From Azolla caroliniana (lineage: Eukaryota; Plantae; Polypodiophyta): a stretch of DNA of 64,000 nucleotides. The DNA is taken from positions 9,610,001 through 9,674,000 of the forward strand of contig JBHGNT010000012.1 in the NCBI GenBank assembly GCA_043228905.1. Direction: 5' to 3'. The position numbers and the translations under genes are program-made. The notes below the pieces were generated by a model. That model was not told where the DNA came from and made no database searches. It saw only the letters and a list, made by a program, of their open reading frames with translations. Positions 33,221-47,045 of the stretch are shown one piece after another (the stretch's first letter is position 1; every line of letters starts with the position of its first letter).

Positions 33221-36200
33221 TCATGCTCGTAACATACTCCCCCTCTTTAAAACATTGCACTCTTGCAATGGAAAGTTAGGGAAGTTAGTTCTAAGAGTAG
33301 TTTCGCGTTCCCATGTGGCATCTTTTATTGATTTATCCAGCCATTTTATTTTAAATTCTCGGATTTCTTTAGTACGTAATTTTTTTGTTTTAACATCGAG
33401 AATTCTTTCTGGTACATGTGGTTTAGAAGATAATTCTTCAGAAGTAACCAGAGTTTCAGTCGTAACTGTATTGTTGCCAGAACCTAAAAGTTCTTTTAGA
33501 CGACTCACATGAAAGACTGGATGAATTCCGACACCATCGGGAAGAGCGAGACGATAGGCTGATGACCCAATGCGTTTGAGGACTGTAAAAGGTCCACAAA
33601 ACCGTGGGGCTAACTTAGCGCACTTACCCGTAGACAATGTCTTAGAATTGTGAGGTACACGTAAAAATACCTTCTGTCCAGGGTTGAATACACGAGGTTG
33701 CCTATGATGATCGGCATAAAAACGCGCTCTATCTTGAGCTGTATTTATATTATCTCGTGCAATATGCAACATATCTTGCATATCCCGAAGAAAGTTTTGG
33801 GTACTTCGCAACTCATCATGATGTATATTAACATCAATCGGGGTTCGTGGCTGAAAACCATACATCAACATAAAAGGACTATATCCCGTCGACGTATGCT
33901 TGGAGCTGTTATAAGCAAACTCCAAAATTGGGAGATAACGTTCCCATTTTGTTGGTTTTGCACCAACGTATGCTCGAAGCATGTCCTCAATAATTTGATT
34001 TACTCGTTCTGTCTGTCCATCGGATTGAGGATGATCCGTGGAGCTCATGCTCAACGTAGTTTCTAACTTCTTAAAGACTTGTGTCCAGAAGTCACTAGTA
34101 AACTTTGGATCTTGATCACTCACGATATCCATCGGTAACCCATAAAAACGAAACAATTCGTCAACGAATTGGTAAGCCAATTCAGGAGCTGTTACCGTGG
34201 TTTTAGTAGCAATAAATCTGGCCGTTTTAGTTAGTCGATCAACGACAACCTAGATGGCATCATGACCTTTTTGGGTGCGAGGAAGGCTAACAATAAAATC
34301 CATGGATATACTTTCCCACTTATTATTGGGAATGTCCAAGGGATGTAAAAGTCCTGCGGCTTTAAGTCGCTCGGCTTTGTTAACCTGACACTGGTGACAT
34401 TTAGTCACATAGCTATGTATGTCAGGACGCATCTTAGGCCAATAAATTGAGTGGAGATGAGAACGAGTGTACGATGTATTCCAGGGTGCCCTGCTGAGGG
34501 TGCATCATGGCATTCAAAAAGAATCCTCTTTTTGACCTCGGGTAAATCTGGAACACAAACCTTCCCATTACGGTAGAGCAAACCGTTAGCAATGTGGAAG
34601 TATTCCTTCGAGGATGTGGTAGTGTCTATTCCAGACTCAACTCTTGCCCAGTATTTTGCGAAATAACTGTCATCAGGATACTTTCCTCGAAGGTGATCAT
34701 AAAGATCTGATGATATTTCAGTGAAGCTAAGCGTGTTAACTTCACGGATGCGACTTAGTGCATCAGCGACAGTGTTCATGGAACCTTTAGGATATCGTAT
34801 GGAAAAATCAAAGTCCTGGATGAGATCAGCCCATCGTGCCTTACGACCTTTCAGGTCTTGTTGGTCACAAAAATATTTCAAGGACTCGTGGTCCGTAGTT
34901 ACCACAAAGTGATTTCCATAAAGATAATGGTGCCATGTTTTGAGCGCATGTATAACTGCAAATAATTCCTTTTCTTGAACGGTATACCGACATTGAGCAG
35001 AATCAAGTTTCTTACTCTCGAATGCTATTGGTTTACCATCTTGATACAAGACAGCACCTATAGCGTAATCGCTGGCATCGGTTTCAACCTCAAAAGTTTT
35101 TGAAGGATCGGGTAAAAGAAGTGAAGGAGCCTTGCAAACCAGGTCCTTGAGTTCCTTAAAGGCAAGGTCTAGTGTAGCATTCCACACAATAGGTTTTGTA
35201 GACTTACGCGTTTGACCTTTTAAAAGATCAGTAAATGGCGTCGTCAATTGGGAGTAATTACGAAGAGACTTTCGCAAAAACCCCACAAAACCAAGGAATG
35301 ATCGAACTTCTCGAATATTCCGAAGAGTGGGCCAAAGCTTGATTTTCTCAATGCGAGAAGGATCAATTTCAACTCCTCGTTCGGTTATGAGATGTCCTAG
35401 ATAAGTAATTGATTTCTTGAAGAACTCACATTTTGAGATCTTCGCATAAAACTGTTTGTCACGCAATGTTTGTAAAACAAAGCGGACATGTCTAGCATGT
35501 TCTTGTAATGTACGGCTATAAACTAAAATATCATCCAAGAAAATAACGACAAATTTTCCAAGTTGTTCTCGGAAAATGTCATTCATTTCTTGTTGAAAAG
35601 TAGCCGGAGCATTGGTCAAACCAAAAGGCATAACCAAAAACTCGTAATGGCCATAGCGCGTACGAAATGCCGTTTTAGGAACATCGTCCTCACTTATTCG
35701 TATTTGATGGTAGCCAGTAGGGAGATCAAGTTTCGTAAAATACCGAGCTCCCTAGAGACGGTCAATTAGATCGTCAGCCCGGGGCAATGGATACGAATCC
35801 TTGATCGTCACTTTATTCAAGCGTCGGTAATTAATACACATACGCCATGTGCCCTCTTTCTTTTTAACCAAGAGAACTGGTGCACCCCATGGAGATTTAC
35901 TATAACGTATATAACCCATTCGTAAATAGTCCTTGAGTTGCTTAGATACCTCATCTTCTTCGGATCGACTTAAGCGATACGGAGGTATACTTATTGGTGC
36001 AACACCAGGTACAATATCTATACGATGGTCTATATTACGTTTAGGAGGTAACCCATCAGGTAGTTCACTTGGAAAAACATCATGAAAATCATTTAAGATT
36101 TCATCAAGTTGTTGTTGTTCAAAATATGTTAATTGAATCGGGACATTATCGATATTGTAAACGTGAATGTCCGGATCAAGTACACAATAAAATAACGTAG

Positions 36201-37653
36201 AACAAGACAACTCGGATATTGATGGACACGAGGAAACAATCGAGAGGGATTGTTTTTTTACACATTGAATAAAATGCGTACAATCGTTCAGTACAAAAGA
36301 AATGGAATGAAGAACCCAATCAATAAATAAAGAAGAGTTTTTATTATAAAACCAGGGATAACCCAGTATTACATCGGTGGTACAAAGATTCATTACATGG
36401 AAGTCTACTTCCTCTATATAAGTATCAATAGAAATTCCTAATGAATGAATCGCCCCGTTGATGTATTGTACTCTTCCATCAGCCAAGTGCACCGTGTAGG
36501 TGTGATCACTTACGGTGGGTTGGATTCCCCATATCTGAACCAAACGATCATTCACAAAATTGTGTGAGCTTCCCGAATCAAATAAAAATTGTACGGGAGA
36601 TCCATTGATATACCCATTTGCACGTAGTAAATCATTGGGACCCAATACATAGTGAGGGAAAGAACATTGACAATTACTTAAATGGTGTGTATAGACCTGA
36701 AGGACATTAGGAATCTGACCTTTATGGTCTGCAGCTTTAGCTTTGTTGTCGTGCTCTTTCCGTTGGAGCTTTCGACATTGATCTTTTGTATGACCCTTCT
36801 TTTTGCAGAATACACAAAAAGGATGTTGTCGCTTACAATCGCGATCCAGGAATTCGTTGGGTGTCTTGCGTTTCCCAACAAATTGCGACTGCTTAGTCCC
36901 GGGCGCTTCGTTGGGTTTGTTATGGTCCTTCTTCGAAGTGCGTTGATAGCGAAGAACTATTTCAACGGCCTCTTCGAAGGATTTTGGATCCTTATCGTGC
37001 ACTATCCAGTGATAGTCCGAATTGGGGATGCCATTGACAAAACAAGCTATCAACCAATTGTCCCCTTCTAGACCCGATTTTTGGATTTGGGTTCTAGCAT
37101 GGTGAACATAGTCTTCTAGCGAGGAAAATTTCCTGCTAGAGAGGTTCATTAAAGCTTGTGCTGCCTCGGTTCGAGAGGGAGGTTGCAGAAATTGGCCCTT
37201 AAAAACCGTGACAAAATATGTCCAGGTATCGGGCAATTTCCCCATAGTACAGAGGCCACGCCACCAGGCGGCGGCCTTACCCCCGAGTTCTCGGCCGACA
37301 TATGCAATCTTTGTACTATCTGGCGTGGGATAGAGCTCAAAATGAGACTCCCATCGTCCCAGCCATGTGCTGATTGCTTCTTCGGTTCTTTCCTTTTTGT
37401 CTCCCGTAAAAGGCTTAACGACAAATGATGGTTCACCTTGTCGCTCATCAGGTCTATTAGTCTCACGTTGTAGACTAATGACACGTGCCTCAAGAGCACT
37501 CTGAGATTGCCGAAGTTCGGTCATCTGTTGAGCGGTGAAACTAAGGTATTGGGTTATTTGTGCCAAATACATCTCAGTGGACATTTGTCCAGGAGGATTC
37601 CCTTGAGTTCCTTCCGCTTGAGCGGATGACATCGGGTCGTTAATTTGAGCCAT
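33221..37653 (-). pseudogene. gypsy C gag-pol with C-terminal chromodomain; two premature TAGs (35752, 34250) and one frameshift (about 34440)
   Basis: [37 protein letters not shown], integrase core, and PERILD..FKIKW..ATWE. Confidence 0.92.
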
Positions 37654-38829
37654 TAAAGATTATTTCTGGAAAAGAAATCGGATAAGGTCAGAGATATAGT
37701 CATAACATCTTGTCATGATGTAAACATATCATGGGCGAGCATTAATCGATATCATTATCTCACGTCAATACCCCTCTAGACGTATGAGATGAGGTTCAAG
37801 ATCAGGTTACTATGGTAACACAAAGGTGTTTTAAAAACCATGGGGGTGACAAATAAATGTCTTTCCCTGATCTCTATATCGATTTTTTCATGGTGGCTCC
37901 CCGAGGCTCAACCATGTATGTTCGCGTCATGAATAGTTTATACACGAAAAAAAATGTTAACAATAAACTATGTTTCGGTGCCCACATAAGTGGTTTCGGC
38001 TCTTTAAGTCCTATTACGAGGACCCCGAGGTGCACTTAGACCTTAAGTCTAAACATGTGTTATAGTCATATGTATCAAGGATGTTGTATGGTCTTGGTCA
38101 TATTCGAACTCGAGACCTCGAGAACAAATACATTAAACACTTGAGCCAACCAAGTAAGTTGCTCTTCTCGAATGCTTAATGTTTGATGCGTATAAGAGAT
38201 ATGCGAGGCAATTGATCATATATGTTTTTTTTAAAAGAACATATATGTCAAGGTCCTTATTTCGCCCTCATTTACCAAAACTTTGTTGGTACGTTACCTA
38301 ACCTCAAGACTCGTAATTACGATGGCATATGCCAAAGGGCAACCTAATGGTCAAGCCAAATGAGCCCTCGTTTCGTAGTAGGCTCACGTGGGCCATCACA
38401 TGGTCACGTCATTACGAATGCCTCTCGTAAGAACGAGCTCATGGTGGCATCGTATCCATGTAATGAGGGAGGGATGTTGGATACGTGCGTCATTGGAGCG
38501 ACCTCACTTGAAGTGGGTCAAGCCCTACGTACTCAACATCGTTTTGGCTATTCGCGTTTCTTTACGTAACGAAATCGAGGTCGTCAATGGGGTTATCAAC
38601 AATAAAAAAATGTTGAAAAAGGGATGGTGACAACGCCATTCTCACAAAAATGTGAGGACGGCCACCAACATCCTTTTCCCGACAAGGACAACTTTCGATA
38701 TAATCACGTAATAACGAATATACACATATGTTTACTGATCACATATATACGATCAAATACGTATATATGTGACCACATATGCCTATATTAAACATATCGT
38801 TATATTAAATAGCCACAAATGATGTGATC

Positions 38830-39095
38830 GAGATACGTAATCGAGGTATATACCTCTACGCACACGAAACATCCACAAATAAGAGATCATCGTAATACGC
38901 AATGGAGGTATTGACCTCTTACGCATACGAGACCAAACGCATATCGTTTACAACAAATCAAGGTATTAAACTCATATGCAAACGTAACATATGTTCGTGA
39001 ACGTAATACGTAATTGAGGTATTAACCTCGTACGCATACGACACTCATCACATATTATCAATATGTCAAACGAGGTATTGACCTCGTGCACATAT
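38830..39095. repeat. Short dispersed repeats in the gypsy C 5' leader
   Basis: About five copies of the cgaggtattaacctc-type motif. Confidence 0.6.
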
Positions 39096-39797
39096 GTAAA
39101 CGTTTTAGATAATCAATTAAAGACCACTACAACATCATTGACTTAATGAAAAAAAATTACATATAAACTAAACACATGATTAGATGGGAGAAGAGAGAAT
39201 AGAAAGAAAAATTCTGGAAAGAGTTACCGAAGTTCTTTGTTGATCGTTGTCTGGATCAAGGCCAACCGCACAACGATCGATCAGCATCAATCAAAAGACA
39301 AATGAAAAACAAAGAAACATTAGTACAAAAATCTGATACCAAATATTATAGATCATAGCACTAATGTAAGCTTAAGATAAGGATAAAGAATTGAAAGATA
39401 GAAAGGAGAAAGAGAAAGAAGGGTGCCGATCCACCCGACCACCCCCGAGCGAAGGGATCGAGACGGACTCGAGCCTCGATCGGCGTCCCATACCACCACC
39501 GTGGCGTCGAGTCGTACCTGGTGCTGGCGCGCTCGCTACAAGAGTTGACCCACCACACGAGCAGAGTCTCGATGTAGTCAAAAGATGATCAAATGAGGGT
39601 AGCTAGGCCTCTTATTTATAGCGATACCCAAGGCCCCCATGCAAGTTCACACTTGACCTAATGGGTTGTCTCAATCCCGAGGATAAAAGTAATCCTCCCC
39701 TTCTTTACACTCTCATTTAACCCTCACACTTATCCACGTGTATAGATTACTACGGTAAATTCTTACCACGGGATATTATATGGTCATGCTCGTAACA

Positions 39798-41404
39798 CTA
39801 ACGTTTTGTGCCGACCCCCATACATTCGAATGTATTAGATCGAGCATGTTACGGCTCCGGTTTCGTTCGGTGCGGAATGGAAGCCGGTGTTGCTTCTTGA
39901 GTTGGCAGGCTCCACAAATTTCGGCCTTCCGGCCGCTAAATTTCGGCAAACCGAAAACGGCTTGTTTCGATTGCAAGTCTTGAAGCCTCTGATAATTGAC
40001 GTGGCTGATCTGCTTGTGCCACAGGTCGATGTCTGATTCAACCTTCTGCCCTTTCGCAAACATAGCGGTGCCAACGTCATTGGTGTTGAGGATGACCATC
40101 CTCCCGTCTCTACGCCCTTGCACGCTTATCCGACCTTCTTCCTCGAGGAAGCACCCAAGGTGCGTAAACCGCACCTGCATCCCTTAGTCGACGATTTGTT
40201 CGACTCACACCAGGTTCTTTGTGATTGTCGGAACGTGTAGTACGTTCATCAGCTTCCCTTTTTGTCTGAAGTGGCTTAAAGGGACTTCTCCGACATGCAT
40301 AATAGGGTGAGGGGTGTCGTCTCCGGTTTCAACAATCCCCGGTTGTTCCGGTTTTTAGTAAAGGAGAACCACTGTTCATGGCTCGTCATGTGGTTGGACG
40401 CTCCAGAATCAACGTACCATACGTCCTCCGATTTGGAAGTAGTTTTCTTCATCGAGTTAGCCTTGTGCTTCATCACGAAGGTTGGCCCTTTACCGATCTT
40501 CCAGGTTCTGGATTGTTCTGATCCTTCTCTGTAGTGCGAGCTTTGCTGGTTTTCCCAACCGGTCTTGTCGAATCCAGATTTGTCCGAATCGGCGCGCTTC
40601 TTCCAACACTCGCTTTCCATGTGGCCCTTTTTGCCACAATACTAGCATTCCATGTCGGCTTTTCCTTGCCAGCTTCCGGTGCCGCTTTGACTCCCCTTGC
40701 TTGTGGAGGGTCCGGAACTACTTTCGGTACCGTCTCTATGCCTTCAGTTCTGCTCTTGTCGGCCGCCTCCATTGCATGCTGGCCCACTTCGTCCACCACA
40801 TCCATGGGGCCGATCATCTGATTGTCCGATTGAGTGGTCCTTGACTCACTCGCATGGTTTTCCTCGACCATCAGCATTGATTGCAAATCGAAGAAAGACG
40901 GTGGTTTCTCCTGGGTGCAGATCGCTGTCCGGATTGGTTCGTACCTTTGCGCTAGACCACCGAGGCAGATTTGTACCATCTCGTCTTCGTCCACCGCCAT
41001 GTTGATGGACCTGAGTGCGTCACAAATCTCCTTTATCTTGGTGGTGTAATCCGAAACTGACATGTCTCTTTGCCAAAAATTGTTCAACTCTTGCCGGAGC
41101 TGCAACTTACGGGCTGTGGTACTCGTTGTGAAAATCTTTCTCAGATTTCCCCAGGCCTCCTTCGGTGTCTTTGCATCCTTGATGTAGCCCACCATCTAAT
41201 CGTGTAGAACAATACTCGGCTCGCTCTTTGCTCCCATACCGGGAAGTGCTTGTGTGATGGCTCCGGTGCTACTTCATGTCTTCCTTCTACGAAGTTCCAA
41301 TATCCATGCCCCAACAGGTACTGGTGACTTTTATATGACCAAGACACATAGTTGCTACGGTCGAGCTTCGCTGTTGGAAGTGAACTCGCAATTCCTCTAT
41401 CCAT
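39798..41404 (-). pseudogene. copia gag-protease-pre-integrase pseudogene
   Basis: KLDRSNYVSW, UBN2-like gag, VDSGASNH and DLWHKQISHVN..C..CQL.K motifs. Confidence 0.88.
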
Positions 41405-41498
41405 ATCTTCTCTCTATATATTGTTAGAGGGTTCTGGGTTTTGTCTACGGAAGCAAGTGTCGGTTGCAAAGGTTCTCACCCCTCGCGCTCTGATTCCA

Positions 41499-41923
41499 TG
41501 TAAATGTAAACGTGCGGAAGCGTTAGACAGAACCGGCTCAACCTTATAGCAACTGCGAATAAGAGGTTTAATAGAGAAGCTTAATACACAGAGAGACAGA
41601 GAGAGCACTACGTAAACGTTTTTCAAAATAACTCTACAACTCTGTACATACAACGTGCTAAACAAAACTATTTATACAAGTCCATAAAGGTCTGACAAAA
41701 GTGCTTACGGGTACTTCAATATTCCTACGTGCAATTGACACTAACTATGAGACAATGATTACCTAGTAGTCTAGGCTACTACTAGGCTTCCGGTTCCCGC
41801 TCGAATACGGCTCTCCGATACATCTCCCTGATTTGGCCGGTTGTTTCCGGATACCATCCAGATATCGATCCGGCTCACGCTTCTTCAGCCGATCTAGATC
41901 CGATTGAGCTTGCTCGCCCAACA
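41499..41923 (-). repeat. copia 5' LTR
   Basis: tgtaaatgtaaacgtgc...caaca; clearly diverged from the 29604 copy. Confidence 0.9.
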
Positions 41924-42635
41924 ATTCCTTTCAAATGTTCATCCTAGCCAAGATTGTTTTCAATTGAAAAACATTTGATGGTTGTACTTTAGTGGTTAGA
42001 AGTTCACATTATGCTCATGGAGACCTAAGCTCGACAAACAATGAGCTTGGTATTATATATTGTTGTTAGAGGGCCTTGACCCATATTATGTATCGAATGT
42101 GTACATGGATTTGTGTTTGAAAATCTAAACAACCATAATAATTAATTTCAGCAAAAAAATCGACTCAATGGTTAAAATTCGAGGTCGTCGTAGTTGAGAC
42201 TTGCCCATGAATCGCATTAAGGACCCTGAAATTAAGTTTACATTCACGTGCGAAATCTGTTAAATTTTGAATTCGACTGGGTATGAAATTGTCATATCAT
42301 TGGTTTTCGTTTTCCACATTCCACAATGTTGTCACAAGTGCAATCATGGTTCCTACTTCATATAGAATGTGCACATGAATTTGTTCATGGCTTTATGGAG
42401 ACTTGCCATATATATCATATAGATTGTGTACATGAGTTTAGTCACACCACATAGGAAGTCAAATCTTCGTGATTAGAATTCCATACTTATGGATGCCTTT
42501 ATGGAGACTTGCCTAATATGTTATATAGAGTGTAGCTATGAATTTATGCATGCAACATTTGAAGGCAGTACTTAATGGTTACAAGTCCATGTTGCAGTTG
42601 TGAAGACTTAGTTCCAATTTGGCAATACAAACTCT

Positions 42636-42707
42636 GTGGTTCTAGTTTAGTGGTTAGAATTCCACGATGTAGCCGTGGAGACATGGGCTCGCATCCCACC
42701 AACCACA
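42636..42707 (+). tRNA. tRNA-His-derived pseudogene (anticodon loop mutated)
   Basis: gtggttctagtttagtggttagaattccacgatgtagccgtggag... Confidence 0.45.
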
Positions 42708-43250
42708 CCTAAAGTGAGTCTAAATCAACTTCTAAAGATGATTCAAATCCCAATGGATTTGAGATAGGAAGTTAGTTGCAAATACCAAGAACCATAACAA
42801 TTTAATTTGAGCAAAAAACTACAATCAACCAACCCCAACAAAGGTTCCTATAAAATGTTCATCCCAACCAAGATTATTTTCAATTGAAGAGCATTTGATG
42901 GTTATACTTTAGTGGTTAGCAGTCCACGTTATGGTCATGGAGACTTAAGCTCAACGAACAATCACCTTGGCATTATACATTATTGTCTGAGGCCCTTAAC
43001 CCATATTACATATGAAGTTGGCATATGATTAGTTTTCATTTTCCATATTGCACAAATAATTTCATGAGTGTAATCTTGGGTCATATATCATCTAGAATAT
43101 GCACATGTATTTGTCCATGGGTTTATCTAGACTTGCCTCATATGTCATATATATTGTGTACAGGAACTTATTCACGCCACATAGGAAGTCAAGTCTTAGT
43201 GATTAGAATTCCTTTATGGAGACTTCCCTAATATGTTATATAGAGTGTAG

Positions 43251-43900
43251 GGGTAGTATGCTTTGTCGACTCCAATGTCCGACTCCGAACCGATTCCAGA
43301 GGATGAGGCTACTGAGCTTGAAACGATCCGAGCAGACGAAGAAGAAGAGTCTGTGACTCTCGATGAGAGTTTGATTTCATTCCGGCGAACTGGGACAAAC
43401 GAGTAATTGGGGAGTATCGACCAATGAGATGAACAGCCAACGAGTAATGGAGAGTTGGCCGTGCTTTCCCCATGTAAGGCACTGAGGCGACGGTTCATGC
43501 GCAAAGAAAAAGGGAAAAAGAAGATGACATATTTGTAGAGACGAGTCGAATTGGAGGAAATCTAACTCCGGAAGGAATGAAGACGGACCTTCAGTTACGA
43601 AGTCCGAGTCGGCGAAGAGAACCTAAAAGTCGGGAAACGAGCAATTACGTTGATCAACCCGCTAGAAGAACCCTATCAAATGGTATGGCTACAATGAGTA
43701 CATGGCGCATCATTATGCGTACATGCGAAAGGTGGCGGAGTGCGTGAGCCGAAGAGCTACGCAGAGGCGGAAAAAGCTGTGAATTTGTATGTCGCAATGG
43801 AGGCAGAGATGCAAGCACTTGATGCCAATGACACATGGGACCTGGGTGATAGTCCCCGACATTGCAAACCGATCAGTTTCAAGTGGGTGTAAAAGGTGTA
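43251..43900 (+). pseudogene. copia internal fragment embedded in a His-array unit
   Basis: Encodes YGYNEYMAHHYAYM..NDTWDLV-like sequence homologous to 32260-32450. Confidence 0.8.
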
Positions 43901-44645
43901 CCAAGAACCAGAATAATTTAATTTGAGCAAAAACCTATGACCAATGACCCCCAACAAAGGTTCCTTTCAAATATTCGCCCCAATCAAGATTGATTTCAAT
44001 TGAAAAGCATTTGATGGTTGTACTTTACTAGTTAGAAGTCCACGTTATGGTCGTGGAGACCTAAGCTCGACAAACAATGAACTTGGCATTATACATTGTT
44101 GTTAGAGGGCCTTGACCCATATTACGTATCGAATGTGTACATGCAAATGCAAACAACCATAATAGTTAATTTGACCAAAAAAATCGACACAATGGTTAAA
44201 ATTCGAGGTCATCGCAGTCGAGACTTGTGCATGAATCCCATTCAAGACCCCGAAATTCAGTGTACATTCATGTGCGAAAACTGTTAGATTTCGAATTCAG
44301 TAGGGTATGAAGTTGGAATACCATTAGTTTTCATTTTCCACATTGCACAATAATTTCACAAGTGAAATCTTGGCTAGTATTTCATATAGAATGTGCACAT
44401 GTATTTGTCCATGGGTTAATCGAGACTTGCATCATATGTCATATAGATTGTGTACATGAATTTATTCACGCCACATAGGAAGTCAAGTCTTAGTGATTAG
44501 AAGTCCATATTTATGGATGCCTTCATGGAGACTTCCCTAATATGTTATATAGACTGTAGCTCTGAATTTATGCATGCAACATGGGAAGGCACTATTTAGT
44601 GTTGCCGTTGTGAAGACTTTCTTCCAATTTTGCAGCACAAACTCC

Positions 44646-44717
44646 GTGGTTGTAGTTTAGTGGTTAGAATTCCACATTGTGGCCGTGTAGACTTGGGCTC
44701 GAATCCCAGCAACCACA
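44646..44717 (+). tRNA. tRNA-His(GTG)-like
   Basis: gtggttgtagtttagtggttagaattccacattGTGgccgtgtagacttgggctcgaatcccagcaaccaca; acceptor stem intact, anticodon stem has mismatches. Confidence 0.6.
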
Positions 44718-45271
44718 ACAAAAGTGATTTTATATCAACTTGTTAAATGCTTCGAATCCCAATGGATTTGAGATAGGAAGTTGGTTACAAAAACCAAGAA
44801 CCGTAACAATTTAATTTAACCAAAAAACTACGAGCAACCATCCCCAACAAAGGTTCCTTTCAAATCTTCGTCCTAGCCAAGATTGTTTTCAATTGAAAAG
44901 CATTTGCTAGTTGTACTTTAGTGGTTAGATGTTTACGTAATGGTCATGGAGACCTAAGCTCAACAAACTGTCAACTTAGCATTATACATTATTGTCGGAG
45001 GGCCTTAACCCATATTACATATGAAGTTGGCATATCATTAGTTTTCCTTTTCCACATTGCACAATAATTTCACGAGTGCAATCTTTGGTCATATTTTATA
45101 TAGAATGTGCACATGTATTTATCCATGGCTTTATCAAGACTTGCCTCATATGTCATATAGATTGTGTACATGAATATTCACGTCACATAGGAAGTCAAGT
45201 TTTAGTGATTAGAATTCCATATTTATGGATGCCTTTATGGAAACATCCCTAATATGTTATATAGCGTGTAG

Positions 45272-45936
45272 AGGTAGTACTTTCTGCCGATTCCGATGTC
45301 CAACTCCGAACCGATTCCAGTGGATGAGGCTAGTGAGCCTGAAACTCCGAGCTGACGAAGAAGAAGAGTCTGTGATTCTCGATGAGAATTTGATTTCATT
45401 CCGGCTAATTGGGCCGAATGAGCGATTGGGTAGGATCGATTAGTAAGATGAAGAGCCGGTGAGTAATGGAGAGTCGGTCGCGCTTTCCCCATGTATGGAA
45501 TCAAGGAGACAGTTCATGCGCAAAGAAAAAGGGAAAAGAAAGCTGACAGATTGGTGGTGGAGTGTGTGAGGCGGAGAGTTATGCAGAGGCGGAAAAATCC
45601 GCGAATTGGCGTGTTGCAATGGAGGAAGAGATGCGGCCACTCGATGCCAACGATACATGGGACCTGGTTGACCCTCCCCGACATTGCAAACCGATCGGTT
45701 TCAAGTGGGTGTAAAAGAGTTGAATGCATTTCCTCAAGGTGACATCGAAGAGCGGGTTTACATGATCTAGCCCCCCAGGTTTTAGTCAAAGATGAACAAG
45801 TCGACACTCTGCCGACTAAAGCAAGCCCCCTTCACTTGGAATTCAAAAATCACACACCGGTTGCATAAGATGGGGTTCTCAGCCTTGATTTCAAACTCTT
45901 GACTGTTCATCCGGAAAGGTCCAAATGGTCTAGTAT
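45272..45936 (+). pseudogene. Second copia fragment at the same array position, with RT remnants and deletions
   Basis: Same left junction (atatgttatatag.gtgtag|..gtagta) as 43251. Confidence 0.8.
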
Positions 45937-46453
45937 TGTCACGGACACACGAAGCATGGACTAGGAAGAAGCACATATGACGAGGCTACGAGCGACGGAT
46001 GAACTTGGAGCTAGATGTGACAAGGCTAGGAACTTTAGATGTTGTGAGTGACATGAGGGCGTGAAGACAGAAATAAAGATCAAGGAGACAAAGATGAGGC
46101 GAAACGCGAATACTAGATAGATGTGTTGATGACAGGTGTTGAGTCCCTTGAAAGGGACCAAGGAGGTTACAAATATTTATAGATGTTCTGAGATTGAATA
46201 TCTCTAGGATATACTCGAGAAATATCTCTAGAATATACTCGTCTAGAATATGTCGTACAATATTTCTAGAATATACTACTGACTAGAATATTTTGATTTT
46301 GAAATGTATTATATGCTAGACTATAGAATACTAAACCATTATATACAAATGCATGATCATATCAAAATGGTAGAACATGACATCTTGTAGCTGTGAGGTT
46401 GCATGTTCAATCTTCACTAACTACGTATTTACCGAATTTGTTGTGTCGTGACA
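45937..46453. mobile_element. Isolated LTR (517 bp), unassigned family
   Basis: Terminal inverted repeats tgtcacg...cgtgaca; no TSD pair seen; possible degenerate PPT adjacent. Confidence 0.6.
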
Positions 46454-46514
46454 TTATCTTGCCCTTTACGGCCGTCTTTTTGAAAGCGTGGTGTAGGGGT
46501 GGATGGGAATTGGA

Positions 46515-47045
46515 ACATGAACAACAGTAGGCATGAGCGACCCATGTTGGTCCTCACTAGGATCCGGAACACGAACAATAGCTGGAGTGAGCGACCATGT
46601 GCTATCCTCGCCGGAGACTGGAACACGAATACCAACGGGCATCACTGATGATGTGCGGTTCTCACAAGGAACACGAACACCAACGGGAATGAGAGACCAT
46701 GTCAGTCCTCTCCGATAGTTAGAATACGAACTCCAATGGGCATGAGAGACCATGCGGCCCTCACCGAGAATTGGAACACGAAGTGACCATGCAGCCCTCA
46801 CCGAGAACTGAACACGAACGAGCGTGAGTGACCATGTGTGGCCCTCATCAAGAACTAGAGCGTGAGCGACCATCTGCCGTCCTCATCAAAAACAAAAAAG
46901 GGCATGAGCGACCATGTGGCCCTCACCAAGAGTAGAACACGAACGGACGTGAGCGACCATGGGGCCATCACCGAGAACTGAGCACGAACGAGCGTGAGGG
47001 ACCATGTGGCCCTCACCGAGAACTAGAACAAGAACATACGTGAGT
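46515..47045 (+). repeat. Minisatellite, ~45-60-bp units
   Basis: Repeated gaacacgaac..gtgagcgaccatgtggccctcaccgagaact. Confidence 0.85.

Larger units (their letters stand above)
32781..39797 (-). mobile_element. Young full-length chromoviral Ty3/gypsy (family C, possibly Tcn1-like), TSD CTAAC, nested in the copia integrase
   Basis: 454-bp LTRs at 32781-33234 and 39344-39797 with two differences noticed. CTAAC at 32776-32780 and 39798-39802. PBS TGGTATCAGA (39332-39341); PPT 33235-33246. Confidence 0.96.
29604..41923 (-). mobile_element. Degenerate Ty1/copia LTR retrotransposon, TSD GTTCC/ATTCC, with nested chromovirus
   Basis: LTRs at 29604-~30046 and 41499-41923. PBS TGGaATCAGAGC (41487-41498). 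Gag, WYVDSGASNHM protease, GAG-pre-integrase, DVKNAFL/YVDD RT, and DADWA..SSTEAEY RNase H fragments. Confidence 0.93.
20200..45270 (+). repeat. tRNA-His(GTG)-derived higher-order array (~920-bp unit) in three segments (20200-20578, 27843-29603, 41924-45270), split by LTR elements
   Basis: Near-complete His copies are 919 bp apart (28473, 29392). Each unit also holds about four degenerate tagtggttagaa..ccac..ggagac remnants. The array resumes in register after each insertion. Confidence 0.9.
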
